Below the pieces are notes generated by a model. It was not told the origin of the DNA, searched no databases, and was given only the letters and a program-made list of their open reading frames with translations. Shown here piece by piece: positions 28,544-38,268 of a DNA stretch of 56,462 bases (the first letter of the stretch is position 1; each line of letters starts with the position of its first letter). Source of the DNA: Candidatus Kaiserbacteria bacterium (GTDB lineage: Bacteria > Patescibacteriota > Minisyncoccia > Phycocordibacterales > UBA2100). A program made the position numbers and the translations under genes. The stretch lies in the NCBI GenBank assembly GCA_027083345.1, contig JALWOZ010000030.1, positions 66,977 to 123,438 on the forward strand. The letters are read 5' to 3'.

Positions 28544-28801
28544 ATGAAAACAGTCGGAGATTTATTAAGTAGGTTCAAAAAAATAAGAGCTCCAGAGAGG
28601 TGGGTTAAGGAAGCTGTAATAAAATCCATAGAAGAGATTGTAAATATAAAACTAGATCCTAATGAAATTAGAGTTCATAATAACATATTGTTTTTAACAA
28701 CAAAATCTACAATTAAAAATTTAATTTTTGAGGATAAAATAAATATAATATCAAGAACCAATAATATACTTGGTGTAAATCATATAAAATATATTAAATA
28801 G
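28544..28801 (+). CDS. small DUF721/DciA-like protein (tentative)
   Basis: 85 aa immediately after dnaN. The pattern '...EIRVHNNILFLTTKSTIKNLIFEDKINIISRTNNILG' resembles the DUF721 core. The call rests on position plus this weak motif. Confidence 0.35.
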   Translation: MKTVGDLLSRFKKIRAPERWVKEAVIKSIEEIVNIKLDPNEIRVHNNILFLTTKSTIKNLIFEDKINIISRTNNILGVNHIKYIK

Positions 28802-28804
28802 TTT

Positions 28805-31207
28805 TTATTTTGTGTTAAAAGACACAGAGTCTGTTACAGTACCTCCAAAATCTCCCATAAAGCCAATAACTTTAATAGTACTCATATTGTAATTATTTTT
28901 AGGTACAATAGTCATACTAAATGGTTTCTTTATAGATGTACCAACATAAACACCATCTAAGAAGTATTGGACTTTTGATATTTTATCTGTACCTCCTAAT
29001 TTAATTGTTATAGGTATTCCGGATTGTATTGTTGAGTTTTGAGAAGGGTTTAGTATTTTTATATTTGATAAATTTGTATTAATATTATTAGTTGTAGATT
29101 GTTGGTTGATAGGTATATTATCAGGAGTGGTAGTCCCAATATTTATATTATTTGCCCATAATTGCACAGGATATTCCCAGTTTGAGTATTCGGGATCGTC
29201 AGTAGATGTCTTAGATGTAGAATCAAGAGGGTTATCTTTATTTATAAAATATAAAATTGAATGTGCTCCTCCTGCCTTTTTAAAAGCACCTACCCAATCA
29301 CCATTAAGAATAGGTTTAATATCTTCTGGTAGAGGTTCAGGTGCTTTAAAACTTTCATTCTTTGTTAAAGGTAACACCTCGTCCATATAGGCTCTCCACA
29401 TTGGGGCTATCACAAATCCGGCAACTTTCTTAACAATTGGAGAGTTATTATTATTACCAGCCCAAGTTCCAACAGCTATGTCTGGTGTATAACCAACAAC
29501 CCATACATCCCTAAAGTCGTTAGTTGTACCTGTTTTAGCTGCTACATCTCTACCTTCAAAATATAAAAAAGATCTGCGTCCATATGATGGAGTCCTCGCA
29601 ACATTGTCGGATAGGATGTCGGAGACTGTCCTAGCTGCATTTGCAGAGAGTACCCTTTTAGGATTAGACTCATACTCTTCAAGTATATTACCAGAAGCAT
29701 CTTCTACTTTTAATATACCTGTAGTTTTATTATAGATACCATCATTTGCAAATACAGCGTAGGCACCTGTTAGCTCAAGAGGTGTTACCTCACCTCCACC
29801 AAGTACCAAAGACAAACCATAATGTTTAGCGTCTTTTGTTAGGCTCTCAATACCCATTAGACGTGCTTTCTCTAAAGCGTTTTCTATCCCAACTAAATGT
29901 AACATTTTTACAGCTGGTACATTTACAGATTGTGCTAAAGCGTTACGTATAGTTATAGGACCTTGAAATTTACCATCATAATTAACAGGAGAATAGCACC
30001 CATTATCCATAGTGAAGTTATTAGCAGGGCATGAGGTAGAGAATTGTGTTTGCAAATCAAATAAGACTGTTTCAGATGTGTACCCTTGTTCAAAAGCTGT
30101 TCCATATACAATAGGTTTGAATGTTGAGCCTGGCTGACGCTTAGCAGTAGCTACATTAAACTTACCATCAATATCCTCGTCAAAATAATCCCTAGATCCA
30201 ACCATTGCTAATATTTGACCGGTTTTTGGGTCTATAGCTACTAATGCAGCATTTTCTGCGTTAAACTTTTTTTCATTCATTGTTGCAAATTTTTTGAGTA
30301 TTTTTTCCCCAGATTCTTGCATATCGCTGTTTATTGTTGTTGTAACTTTAAGTCCACCTTTATATACTGCTTCTTCACCATACTTTTTTATTAAGTAATC
30401 ACGTATAAAGAAAACAAAATGAGGGGCAAGGATGTTGTGGTCTTTATATTTATTAAATGTTACATGCTCATTTAATGCATCATTGTACTCCTCTTTAGAT
30501 ATAAAAGAGTTTTCAAGCATTCTAGATAATACTAGATTTTTTCTTTTTTCTAATTCTTTAAAATGTGCACCATGAGGAGAGTAATATGAGGGACTTTGGG
30601 GTAGGGCAGCTAGATATGCAGACTCTGCTAAAGTTAATTTGGATGCTTCTTTACCGAAAAAGTATTTGGATGCTTCTTGTGCGCCGTATATAGTACCTCC
30701 ATAAGGCATCTCATTGAGGTACACTCCTAGTATTTGGTCTTTTGTGAGTTTCTTTTCTAAAGCTAATGCTAATATCCATTCTTTGATCTTCCTTGTTATT
30801 GTTTTTTCTCTTGTTAGGTATACATTTTTAACAACTTGTTGAGTTAATGTGGAGCCTCCTTGAGATGTGCCGTATATTATATTATCAAAAACAGCTTTTA
30901 GTATTCTTGTTGGGCGTATACCCTTATGTTGGTAGAATTCGTCATCTTCTATAGCTACTGTTGCATTGCGTAGATGTCTTGATATTTTATTAAGAGGTAC
31001 TACTGTTCTACGTATATCCCCGTGTATATTAAAAAGTAGTTGTTTACCTGTTCTATCGTATATTTTTGTAGATTGGTCAATTTGTCTAGTGTTAAAACCA
31101 CTAACAGAGGGTATCTCAAGTCTAGATACCCACCAAAAGCCATATAAAACAGCAGAAAGAGTAGCTACAAAGCCTACTAAAGCCAATATTTTAATTGTTC
31201 TCACCAT
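28805..31207 (-). CDS. class A penicillin-binding protein (glycosyltransferase GT51 + transpeptidase) with an Asn/Thr-rich, Ig-like C-terminal extension
   Basis: N-terminal TM. GT51 motifs 'EDDEFYQHKGIRP' and 'GGSTLTQQVVKN'. Transpeptidase motifs 'STFKP', 'SVN' and 'KTGTT'. Confidence 0.93.
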   Translation of the reverse strand: MVRTIKILALVGFVATLSAVLYGFWWVSRLEIPSVSGFNTRQIDQSTKIYDRTGKQLLFNIHGDIRRTVVPLNKISRHLRNATVAIEDDEFYQHKGIRPTRILKAVFDNIIYGTSQGGSTLTQQVVKNVYLTREKTITRKIKEWILALALEKKLTKDQILGVYLNEMPYGGTIYGAQEASKYFFGKEASKLTLAESAYLAALPQSPSYYSPHGAHFKELEKRKNLVLSRMLENSFISKEEYNDALNEHVTFNKYKDHNILAPHFVFFIRDYLIKKYGEEAVYKGGLKVTTTINSDMQESGEKILKKFATMNEKKFNAENAALVAIDPKTGQILAMVGSRDYFDEDIDGKFNVATAKRQPGSTFKPIVYGTAFEQGYTSETVLFDLQTQFSTSCPANNFTMDNGCYSPVNYDGKFQGPITIRNALAQSVNVPAVKMLHLVGIENALEKARLMGIESLTKDAKHYGLSLVLGGGEVTPLELTGAYAVFANDGIYNKTTGILKVEDASGNILEEYESNPKRVLSANAARTVSDILSDNVARTPSYGRRSFLYFEGRDVAAKTGTTNDFRDVWVVGYTPDIAVGTWAGNNNNSPIVKKVAGFVIAPMWRAYMDEVLPLTKNESFKAPEPLPEDIKPILNGDWVGAFKKAGGAHSILYFINKDNPLDSTSKTSTDDPEYSNWEYPVQLWANNINIGTTTPDNIPINQQSTTNNINTNLSNIKILNPSQNSTIQSGIPITIKLGGTDKISKVQYFLDGVYVGTSIKKPFSMTIVPKNNYNMSTIKVIGFMGDFGGTVTDSVSFNTK

Positions 31208-31254
31208 ATTATACAGCGATTATAACACCCTAAACACACAATATCCACAGTTAA

Positions 31255-31725
31255 TTAACTATTATACGCAGAGTGTGTTATGCATACAGCAATAGCATCA
31301 TACTCATCGTCATATTTTATTTTTTTAGTAATTTGAATAAGATTCGGAATCATGGACATCATTTGGTTTTTATTGGCCTTACCATTACCTGTACAAGCAG
31401 ATTTTATCTGTAGGGGAGTGTATTCATGCACATTCATATTTCTAGATTTAGCTATGTATATAATTGCTCCTATTACTTGAGACACATTCATGGCGGTTTT
31501 CTGATTATTGGTAAAATAAAGCTTTTCTATAGCTAGTACGTTCGGCTCATATATTGATATTAGATCGGATACAGTCTCTCCAACATCTTTTAACCTATCA
31601 ATAAAAGTATCTTTTTTTTGTGTTTTTACACATTCAGAATATAGAAGACGTTCAGTATCTGAATCTTTCTCAATAATAGCAACTCCCAATCTGTCGTATC
31701 CGGGATCTATACCAAGTATCCTCAT
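31255..31725 (-). CDS. ruvC: crossover junction endodeoxyribonuclease RuvC
   Basis: 'MRILGIDPGYDRLGVAIIE' and C-terminal 'DEYDAIAVCITH'. Confidence 0.9.
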   Translation of the reverse strand: MRILGIDPGYDRLGVAIIEKDSDTERLLYSECVKTQKKDTFIDRLKDVGETVSDLISIYEPNVLAIEKLYFTNNQKTAMNVSQVIGAIIYIAKSRNMNVHEYTPLQIKSACTGNGKANKNQMMSMIPNLIQITKKIKYDDEYDAIAVCITHSAYNS

Positions 31726-31748
31726 TATTTTAGTGTATCATAAATTGT

Positions 31749-32279
31749 TTATTTTGCGTTAGTATACACATTTTGTACATCATCGTGATCATTTAGGGCC
31801 TCCATTAACTTTTCTAACTTCTCCTCATCAGCCTCATTTATTTCTGTATTAGTATTTGGCTCGTAGCCCTCACTTGTCTTGGTAAAGGCCCATGTTGCTG
31901 AGCCACTAGCTGCGAGTTCTAGGCCCTGCTTACTTAATGTGTGGCGTATCTCTGGGGTCGTCCTGTTTTTATTGTCTGTTATAGCCTCTATTATTATAGC
32001 TATTCCTCCCGGGCCATATGCCTCGTAGATAACCTCTTCAAAGTCAGACCCACCTGCTCCAGCGCCCTTGGCCACAGCTCGCTCCATGTTAGCTTTAGGC
32101 ATACCCTCTTTTTTTGCACGCTCTAGTACATTACGCAAAGAAGGGGAGTTAACATCCCCACCACACTTTTTAGACTCTAGTGCTATAAGTTGTGCATACT
32201 TACCAAATACCTTGCTCTTAGCAGCGTCTGTTGCTGCTTTTTTGTGTTTAATTTTACTCCATTTATTGTGTCCACTCAT
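31749..32279 (-). CDS. yebC: YebC/PmpR family protein, shortened (176 aa versus ~240 typical)
   Basis: 'MSGHNKWSKIKHKKAATDAAKSKVFGK' and 'YEAYGPGGIAIIIEAITDNKNRT'. The middle part of the C-terminal domain is missing. Confidence 0.85.
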   Translation of the reverse strand: MSGHNKWSKIKHKKAATDAAKSKVFGKYAQLIALESKKCGGDVNSPSLRNVLERAKKEGMPKANMERAVAKGAGAGGSDFEEVIYEAYGPGGIAIIIEAITDNKNRTTPEIRHTLSKQGLELAASGSATWAFTKTSEGYEPNTNTEINEADEEKLEKLMEALNDHDDVQNVYTNAK

Positions 32280-32332
32280 ATTTACTTGTTAATTAATTAA
32301 GGTTATATTTTTTAAAGACTACAATATATTTA

Positions 32333-33352
32333 TTATTTATTCAAATGTTCTTTGGCAGCTTGGGTGGCGACTCTACCTCTTGGACTGCGCTCTAGTAGGC
32401 CGAGTTGTATCAGATATGGCTCATGTACACTCTCTATGGTGTCTGCATCCTCACCGGTAGCAGCAGAGAGGGTAGAGAGCCCTACCGGCCCACCAGAGAA
32501 CTTGTTTATTATTACGTCAAGAAGCTCTCGGTCTGAGTGGTTGAGTCCAAGTTCATCCACCTCTAGTAGCTCGAGTGCCTTATGTGCTGACTCTGCACCT
32601 AGCTTGCCTCCACGCACCTCTACAAAGTCGCGACACCGCTTAAGTAGATAGTTTGCTATACGGGGTGTAAAGCGACTTCGTTTGGCTATCTCGGTTATGG
32701 CAGAGTATTCAAGATTAACATTTAGTATTTCTGCACTACGCTCTAATATTTGCTCAATATCTTCTTGTTTATAATATTCAAGGCGAAAAGCTCCTCCAGA
32801 AAAACGACTACGCAATGGTGCAGATAGGCCGGCAACTTGGGTGGTAGCAGCTACAAGAGTAAATGGTGGCAACTCAAGCTGCAACGTGCGGGCCGACGGC
32901 CCCTTACCTATAATAATATCAAGTGTGCCACTCTCCATGGCAGGATAGAGCACCTCCTCTATACTTTTATTAAGCCTGTGTATTTCATCTATAAACAATA
33001 CATCACCTTTATTAAGATTGGTTATAATACTTGCAAGATCACCAACCTTCTCTATGGCTGGGCCACTTGTTAGCTTCATTTGTGTATTAAGCTCCTTAGC
33101 TATTAAATGTGCAAGAGTTGTTTTGCCTAATCCCGGAGGTCCGTAAAAGAGTATATGTTCCGGAGGGAGTTTGCGAGCCTTAGCTGCTGTAAGTAAAATA
33201 TGTAAATTGTCTTTGACTCTTTTTTGTCCAATGTAGTCTGCCCAAACATTAGGGCGCAGGTCTGAGTCTAATACAGTATCTTTTGTAAGAGTTGTGTCAG
33301 AATTATTTTTAACCGCTTTTTTAACGGTATTTTCGTCATTTACTGTTGACAT
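32333..33352 (-). CDS. ruvB: Holliday junction branch migration helicase RuvB
   Basis: 'GPPGLGKTTLA', 'LFIDEIHRL', 'ATTQVAGLSAPLRSRF'. Confidence 0.96.
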   Translation of the reverse strand: MSTVNDENTVKKAVKNNSDTTLTKDTVLDSDLRPNVWADYIGQKRVKDNLHILLTAAKARKLPPEHILFYGPPGLGKTTLAHLIAKELNTQMKLTSGPAIEKVGDLASIITNLNKGDVLFIDEIHRLNKSIEEVLYPAMESGTLDIIIGKGPSARTLQLELPPFTLVAATTQVAGLSAPLRSRFSGGAFRLEYYKQEDIEQILERSAEILNVNLEYSAITEIAKRSRFTPRIANYLLKRCRDFVEVRGGKLGAESAHKALELLEVDELGLNHSDRELLDVIINKFSGGPVGLSTLSAATGEDADTIESVHEPYLIQLGLLERSPRGRVATQAAKEHLNK

Positions 33353-33374
33353 AATATTCTTTTTGTGTTAGTAT
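33346..33374 (+). promoter_or_regulatory. near-consensus sigma70 promoter reading into the structured element
   Basis: TTGACA (33346-33351, overlapping the ruvB start codon on the other strand), 17-nt spacer, extended -10 TGtTAGTAT (33366-33374). Confidence 0.5.
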
Positions 33375-33381
33375 ATTCGGC

Positions 33382-33554
33382 AGAAAAGCGCACAATTCTC
33401 TAAATGACCCATAATGTGGATATGATCAAGGACGAAGTGGTATAAGGTTTCGACCAAACTACTGCGACTATCCTCAGATTATATTCAGCTTTCAACTTGA
33501 TTCTCCCCACGAGATTCACGAAAGTATCATTTAGAGAATTGTGCGCTTTTATTA
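33382..33554 (+). ncRNA. candidate ~170-nt structured small RNA, family unknown
   Basis: A perfect 24-bp closing stem (33384-33407 with 33527-33550) ends in a U tract and encloses two hairpins, one capped by GGU-UUCG-ACC (33446-33455). The G-U pairs (33439-33460, 33424-33480, 33419-33485) and the UUCG loop exist only in the + sense. Confidence 0.45.
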
Positions 33555-33632
33555 TACCACAAAAGTATACAAGGTATTTTTTAAATGATATTCTGACATT
33601 ATCAGACTTAAAGCGTATAAGCAAATTATATC

Positions 33633-35324
33633 TTAATCGCGGAACAAATCCTCTTTAATGTCAACTACTCTAGAGAGCTCTTCTAAAGAGGTTATGCCAT
33701 CTAACACCTTAACTATACCGTCTTCCACCATCCTTCTTATGTTTTGCGGTCTTGAGGCTCTCCAAATATCTGCTTCACTTGGGTTATTGCGTGCGGCCTT
33801 CTCCACTGCGCTATCTACCAACACAGCTTCTAACACTGCGATCCTGCCTTTGTATCCACTATTTCCACATTTATCGCACCCTCCTTCACTGGGGTGCCAT
33901 AAAGTATCTCTATTTGTTGGGAGATCTTCCGGTCTTGGTATTGTTTTTAGTATTTTATTAATTATGTCTTGTTCTTCTTTATTCATTGGACGAGATACTC
34001 GGCAGGTTGTACACAGTTTCCTTGTTAGTCTTTGTGCCATAGAGACGGAAAGTGCAGCACCTATTATTTCAGGAGACACGTCAAGATCTATTATCCTAGG
34101 GAAGGTGCCTGCAGCGTTATTTGTATGCAGTGTTGAGAATACTAAGTGTCCTGTTAGTGCGGCATTAACAGCTGTAGAGGCTACCTCCGGGTCGCGGATC
34201 TCTCCAACCATTATAACATCTGGGTCTTGCCTCAAAATTGCTCGTAAACCGTCAGCAAAACTATAGTTTTTAGTGATTTGTGTTTGTACTATACCCTCTA
34301 AATGATATTCAATAGGGTTCTCTAGGGTTATTATTTTTACATCTGGTTTATTAACATTATTTAAAAAGGCATATAGAGTGGTGGTTTTACCAGAGCCTGT
34401 TGGGCCAGTATTTAAGATCATGCCGTTAGGCTTACTTATTTCATTTAAGAATATTTTCTTAAGATACGGATCCATACCTATAGAGTCAATGTCTAATCCT
34501 AAGGCAGATGGATCTAGAATACGCATAACAATACTTTCACCATAAGCTCCTGGTATCACAGAGGATCTTATCTCTATCTCATTTTCTCCTATATTTATAC
34601 TAAAGCGACCGTCTTGGGCCATATTATTTATATTTATTTTCATTCCAGAGAGGAGTTTGGTTCTTGATCGCATAAGTTTGTATATATTTGGCGCAAGATC
34701 CATTATATCTGTTAATACACCATCAATCCTATATCTGATTCTTATATGCTCGCCCTCAGGTTCTATATGGACATCAGATGCTCCAAGAGCCATAGCCCCT
34801 CCGAGCAGGACTTCCAATATGCGTGATATTCTATGGTTTCTATTACTTGTTAGTGCATCTTCTAAATTTCCTTTAATATCATCTATCGTGTGTAATTCTT
34901 CTTGCATTTTTGATATAGTTTCCGACGATAGTGTAAGGACACCCCCCTCAGATGCGGTGGCATAGGAGAGGTCTGCATAATGCTTCCATGCGTGCTCTAG
35001 AGAGCGCAGAGAGACCATAAATACTTTAACCTTGTAACCAAGATTTTTTATATAATTTATTTGCTCCACAGAGTCCGCTCTTTTGGGTGAGCGTACTGCT
35101 ATATATACTGTTTTGACAACAATTTTAAAGGCGGCAACCTCTGTTTCTCTAGCAACTTTTTCCGGTATTAATTTTAAGGCATCTGTGCTTATGCCTTGTC
35201 TAGTTAAGTCTACATACCCCACATTATATCTTTTGGATAATATTTGTGCGAGCTTCTCTTCCTCTTTTAGGTGTAATTCCTCTAATCTTGAGGAGTTCTT
35301 GTCGTCATTAAATTGTATTGACAT
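33633..35324 (-). CDS. pilB: type IV pilus assembly ATPase PilB (GspE family)
   Basis: Walker A 'GPTGSGKTT', 'DPDVIMVGEIRD', and tetracysteine 'CTTC...CDKCGNSGYKGR'. Confidence 0.92.
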   Translation of the reverse strand: MSIQFNDDKNSSRLEELHLKEEEKLAQILSKRYNVGYVDLTRQGISTDALKLIPEKVARETEVAAFKIVVKTVYIAVRSPKRADSVEQINYIKNLGYKVKVFMVSLRSLEHAWKHYADLSYATASEGGVLTLSSETISKMQEELHTIDDIKGNLEDALTSNRNHRISRILEVLLGGAMALGASDVHIEPEGEHIRIRYRIDGVLTDIMDLAPNIYKLMRSRTKLLSGMKININNMAQDGRFSINIGENEIEIRSSVIPGAYGESIVMRILDPSALGLDIDSIGMDPYLKKIFLNEISKPNGMILNTGPTGSGKTTTLYAFLNNVNKPDVKIITLENPIEYHLEGIVQTQITKNYSFADGLRAILRQDPDVIMVGEIRDPEVASTAVNAALTGHLVFSTLHTNNAAGTFPRIIDLDVSPEIIGAALSVSMAQRLTRKLCTTCRVSRPMNKEEQDIINKILKTIPRPEDLPTNRDTLWHPSEGGCDKCGNSGYKGRIAVLEAVLVDSAVEKAARNNPSEADIWRASRPQNIRRMVEDGIVKVLDGITSLEELSRVVDIKEDLFRD

Positions 35325-35347
35325 ATATATAATGATACCATATTTAT

Positions 35348-35797
35348 ATGAAGTTTACGGTATCTAGTGAACAAGATATGCATAATGTTGTAGTTGCAGT
35401 GCTTAGCCTTCTTAAGGATGTATCACAACCCAGTCCAGCTGTTGTGCTTGCCCTTAATGGTGATTTGGGAGCTGGTAAGACTACCTTTGTAAAAAATTTA
35501 GCTAAAGAGTTGGGTGTTGTAGAGTATGTTACTAGTCCTACTTTTGTAATACAAAAGAGCTATGATATTAACTATAAGAATAAAGATAGACAATTTAATA
35601 AACTGGTACACATAGATGCATATAGACTCATGAGCGGAGTTGACACTGAAGTACTTGATTTTAAGCAAACACTATTAACCCCAAATGCTTTAGTTGCGAT
35701 AGAGTGGGCCGAGAATATAAAAGATGTGTTACCAAAAGATGTAATAACTTTAAACTTTAAGTATGTAGATGAGACTATCAGAGAGGTGTTTTTGTAG
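35348..35797 (+). CDS. tsaE: tRNA t6A37 biosynthesis ATPase TsaE
   Basis: 'LNGDLGAGKTTFVKNLAKELGV...VTSPTFVI'. Confidence 0.85.
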   Translation: MKFTVSSEQDMHNVVVAVLSLLKDVSQPSPAVVLALNGDLGAGKTTFVKNLAKELGVVEYVTSPTFVIQKSYDINYKNKDRQFNKLVHIDAYRLMSGVDTEVLDFKQTLLTPNALVAIEWAENIKDVLPKDVITLNFKYVDETIREVFL

Positions 35798-35834
35798 ATG
35801 ATATAACACCATACTATGTGGTACACTAAGAGGT

Positions 35835-38258
35835 ATGACTAAGAACCAAAAGACACTCGTACTACTAGACGCACACGCTATTATACATCGTGCTTATCAT
35901 GCATTGCCCGATTTTAGTAACAGTAAAGGCGAGCCTACAGGAGCTCTTTACGGTATTGTTGCAATGTTGGTCAATATATTAAATGATGTTAAGCCTGATT
36001 ATATAGTAGCCTGTTTTGATCTATCTAAACCAACCTTTAGACATAAGGTCTTTAAAGAATATAAAGGCACAAGAAAAAAGAGTGATGATGCACTGGTGGC
36101 CCAGATAATACGCTCTAAAGAGTTGTTTAAGGCATTCAATATACCAATTTATGAGTTAGAGGGGTATGAGGCAGATGATTTATTGGGTACCATATCTAAT
36201 CAAATAATGAATACCGATGAATTAAGTAAGGTATCTGTAGTTATAGCATCAGGAGATATGGACACTATGCAGTTGGTTAATAAAAACAGGGTACAGGTCT
36301 ATACTTTAAAGAAAGGAGTTAAAGATACTGTTATGTATAATGAGGAGACTGTTAAAGATAGGTTTGGTTTTGGTCCCAAACTTTTGCCTGATTATAAAGG
36401 GTTAAGAGGCGACCCATCAGATAATATACCCGGTATTAAAGGTGTAGGAGAGAAGACTGCCACATCTCTTATCGTTACATTTGGTAATCTAGATTCAATA
36501 TACAAAGCCTTAGAGGGTAATAGTAAGAAGCTTAATGAGGTCAAATTAACTCCTCGTATAATAAACTTGCTATTAGAAGGTAAGGATGAGGCCTACTTCT
36601 CTAAAATGCTGGCTACCATAAAAATTGATGCACCTATTAAGTTTATATTACCTAAAAAGAGGTGGTTAGATGAGGTAAACTCTGAGTTGGTGATGTCTAT
36701 CTTATTAGAGTTAGAACTGAGATCTTTGGTTCCCAGAGTTAGAGCTCTTTTAGGTATTGAAGATGAGAACAATGAGAGTAATGACATAATTACTAAGACA
36801 ATAGATGAAGAGGAGATCCGTGAGGTTGGCATAATGCTATGGCTCATAAAGTCAGACATTACAAATCCTACCTTAGATGATATATTACAATTTGCTAATA
36901 CAAATAACTGGCAAAAAGCCAAAGAGAGCATTGAGATAACTTTAGAAGAGAGAGGATTAAAAAATTTATATGAAAAAATAGAAAAACCACTAATACCTAT
37001 AATACAAGAGGTTAATGATGCTGGGATTTTGGTTGACCTTGAGTACTTTGATAAATTATCAAAAGAATATCACAAGGAGTTAAGTAAAATAGAGAGCAGT
37101 ATATACAAATTAGCAGGAGTTAAGTTTAACATAAGATCTCCTAAACAATTAGGAGAAGTTTTATTTGATAAGTTGGGTCTGAAAAGTGGCAAAAGGACAA
37201 CTAATGGTAGCTACTCTACAAACGAGAAGGAGTTAAACAAATTAGTTGATGAGCACCCAATTATTAAGAAAGTGTTTGACTACAGAGAGTTGCAAAAATT
37301 ATTGTCAACATATGTAGATAATTTACCCCAAATGGTTACACCAATAGATGAAGGGGGAGATGGTAGGTTGCATACACAATTTTTGCAGGCCGGTACAACT
37401 ACTGGGCGTATGGCTAGCCAAAATCCAAATTTACAAAATATCCCAACCAAGTCTGAGTATGGGAGGAGAGTAAGGGGTGGTTTTGTAGCATCCAAAGGGA
37501 GCTCTTTGGTGGCGTTAGATTACTCTCAAGTAGAGCTTCGATTAGCTGCTATATTGTCTGGGGATGAGAATATGATAAAGATATTTAAGAGTGGGAGAGA
37601 TATACATTCAGAGGTTGCGAGTGAGGTTTTTGGTGTCTCAACTCAAGATGTAACAAAAGAGATGCGCAGAAGAGCCAAGATAATTAATTTCGGCATACTC
37701 TATGGCATGGGTGTCAATGCTTTAAAGTCAAACTTGCAGGAGGGTATACCAGAGGACTCTAATGAGAAAATAACATTAAAACAAGCTAGAGAGTACCTAG
37801 ACAAGTATTTTGAGAGCTTTAGTGGATTAGCTAAGTGGATAGACACAACAAAGGCAGAGGCCGGTAGGTTAGGGTGCACTATAACAATATTTGGACGTAA
37901 GCGCTTTTTTGAGGGTTTACACTCTAAAATACCTTTTTTAAGAGCTTCTGCAGAGAGGATGGCGGTTAATGCTCCAGTGCAAGGTAGCTCAGCAGATATA
38001 ATTAAAAAAGCTACTATCTGTGTAGATAAGTATTTAAAAGAGAATAAATTAAAAGATGATATAAAATTGATATTACAAGTTCACGATGAACTAATATATG
38101 AGATGTCAAACAATCTAGTAAATAAGCACACACTAAAGATTAAGAATATCATGGAGGGAGTTTTAGCATCTGATCTCTCTAAGGGGGTGCCTCTAAAGGT
38201 AGATGCAAAGTACGGAGATAATTGGGCAGGCTTGAGAGATTATAAAGGACATTTATAA
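35835..38258 (+). CDS. polA: DNA polymerase I
   Basis: 5' nuclease domain 'LLDAHAIIHRAYHA', 'GIKGVGEKTA'. Pol motif A 'DYSQVELRLAA', motif B 'RRRAKIINFGILYG', motif C 'QVHDELIYE'. Confidence 0.95.
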   Translation: MTKNQKTLVLLDAHAIIHRAYHALPDFSNSKGEPTGALYGIVAMLVNILNDVKPDYIVACFDLSKPTFRHKVFKEYKGTRKKSDDALVAQIIRSKELFKAFNIPIYELEGYEADDLLGTISNQIMNTDELSKVSVVIASGDMDTMQLVNKNRVQVYTLKKGVKDTVMYNEETVKDRFGFGPKLLPDYKGLRGDPSDNIPGIKGVGEKTATSLIVTFGNLDSIYKALEGNSKKLNEVKLTPRIINLLLEGKDEAYFSKMLATIKIDAPIKFILPKKRWLDEVNSELVMSILLELELRSLVPRVRALLGIEDENNESNDIITKTIDEEEIREVGIMLWLIKSDITNPTLDDILQFANTNNWQKAKESIEITLEERGLKNLYEKIEKPLIPIIQEVNDAGILVDLEYFDKLSKEYHKELSKIESSIYKLAGVKFNIRSPKQLGEVLFDKLGLKSGKRTTNGSYSTNEKELNKLVDEHPIIKKVFDYRELQKLLSTYVDNLPQMVTPIDEGGDGRLHTQFLQAGTTTGRMASQNPNLQNIPTKSEYGRRVRGGFVASKGSSLVALDYSQVELRLAAILSGDENMIKIFKSGRDIHSEVASEVFGVSTQDVTKEMRRRAKIINFGILYGMGVNALKSNLQEGIPEDSNEKITLKQAREYLDKYFESFSGLAKWIDTTKAEAGRLGCTITIFGRKRFFEGLHSKIPFLRASAERMAVNAPVQGSSADIIKKATICVDKYLKENKLKDDIKLILQVHDELIYEMSNNLVNKHTLKIKNIMEGVLASDLSKGVPLKVDAKYGDNWAGLRDYKGHL

Positions 38259-38268
38259 AGGACATTGT

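Noticed and set aside
33384-33550. The structured element as SRP RNA, 6S RNA, tmRNA or RNase P RNA
   Set aside because: I could not find the SRP helix-8 signature (GGAA-type loop with AGCA), the tmRNA acceptor or tag frame, or the RNase P GGAAAGUCC motif. The Y-shaped fold is unlike the 6S rod. It is left as an unknown family, and a MITE has not been excluded.
33400-33624. 74-aa minus-strand ORF between ruvB and pilB
   Set aside because: It overlaps the 24-bp inverted repeat and hairpins of the candidate sRNA. It has no RBS and an odd composition. RNA structure explains the region better.
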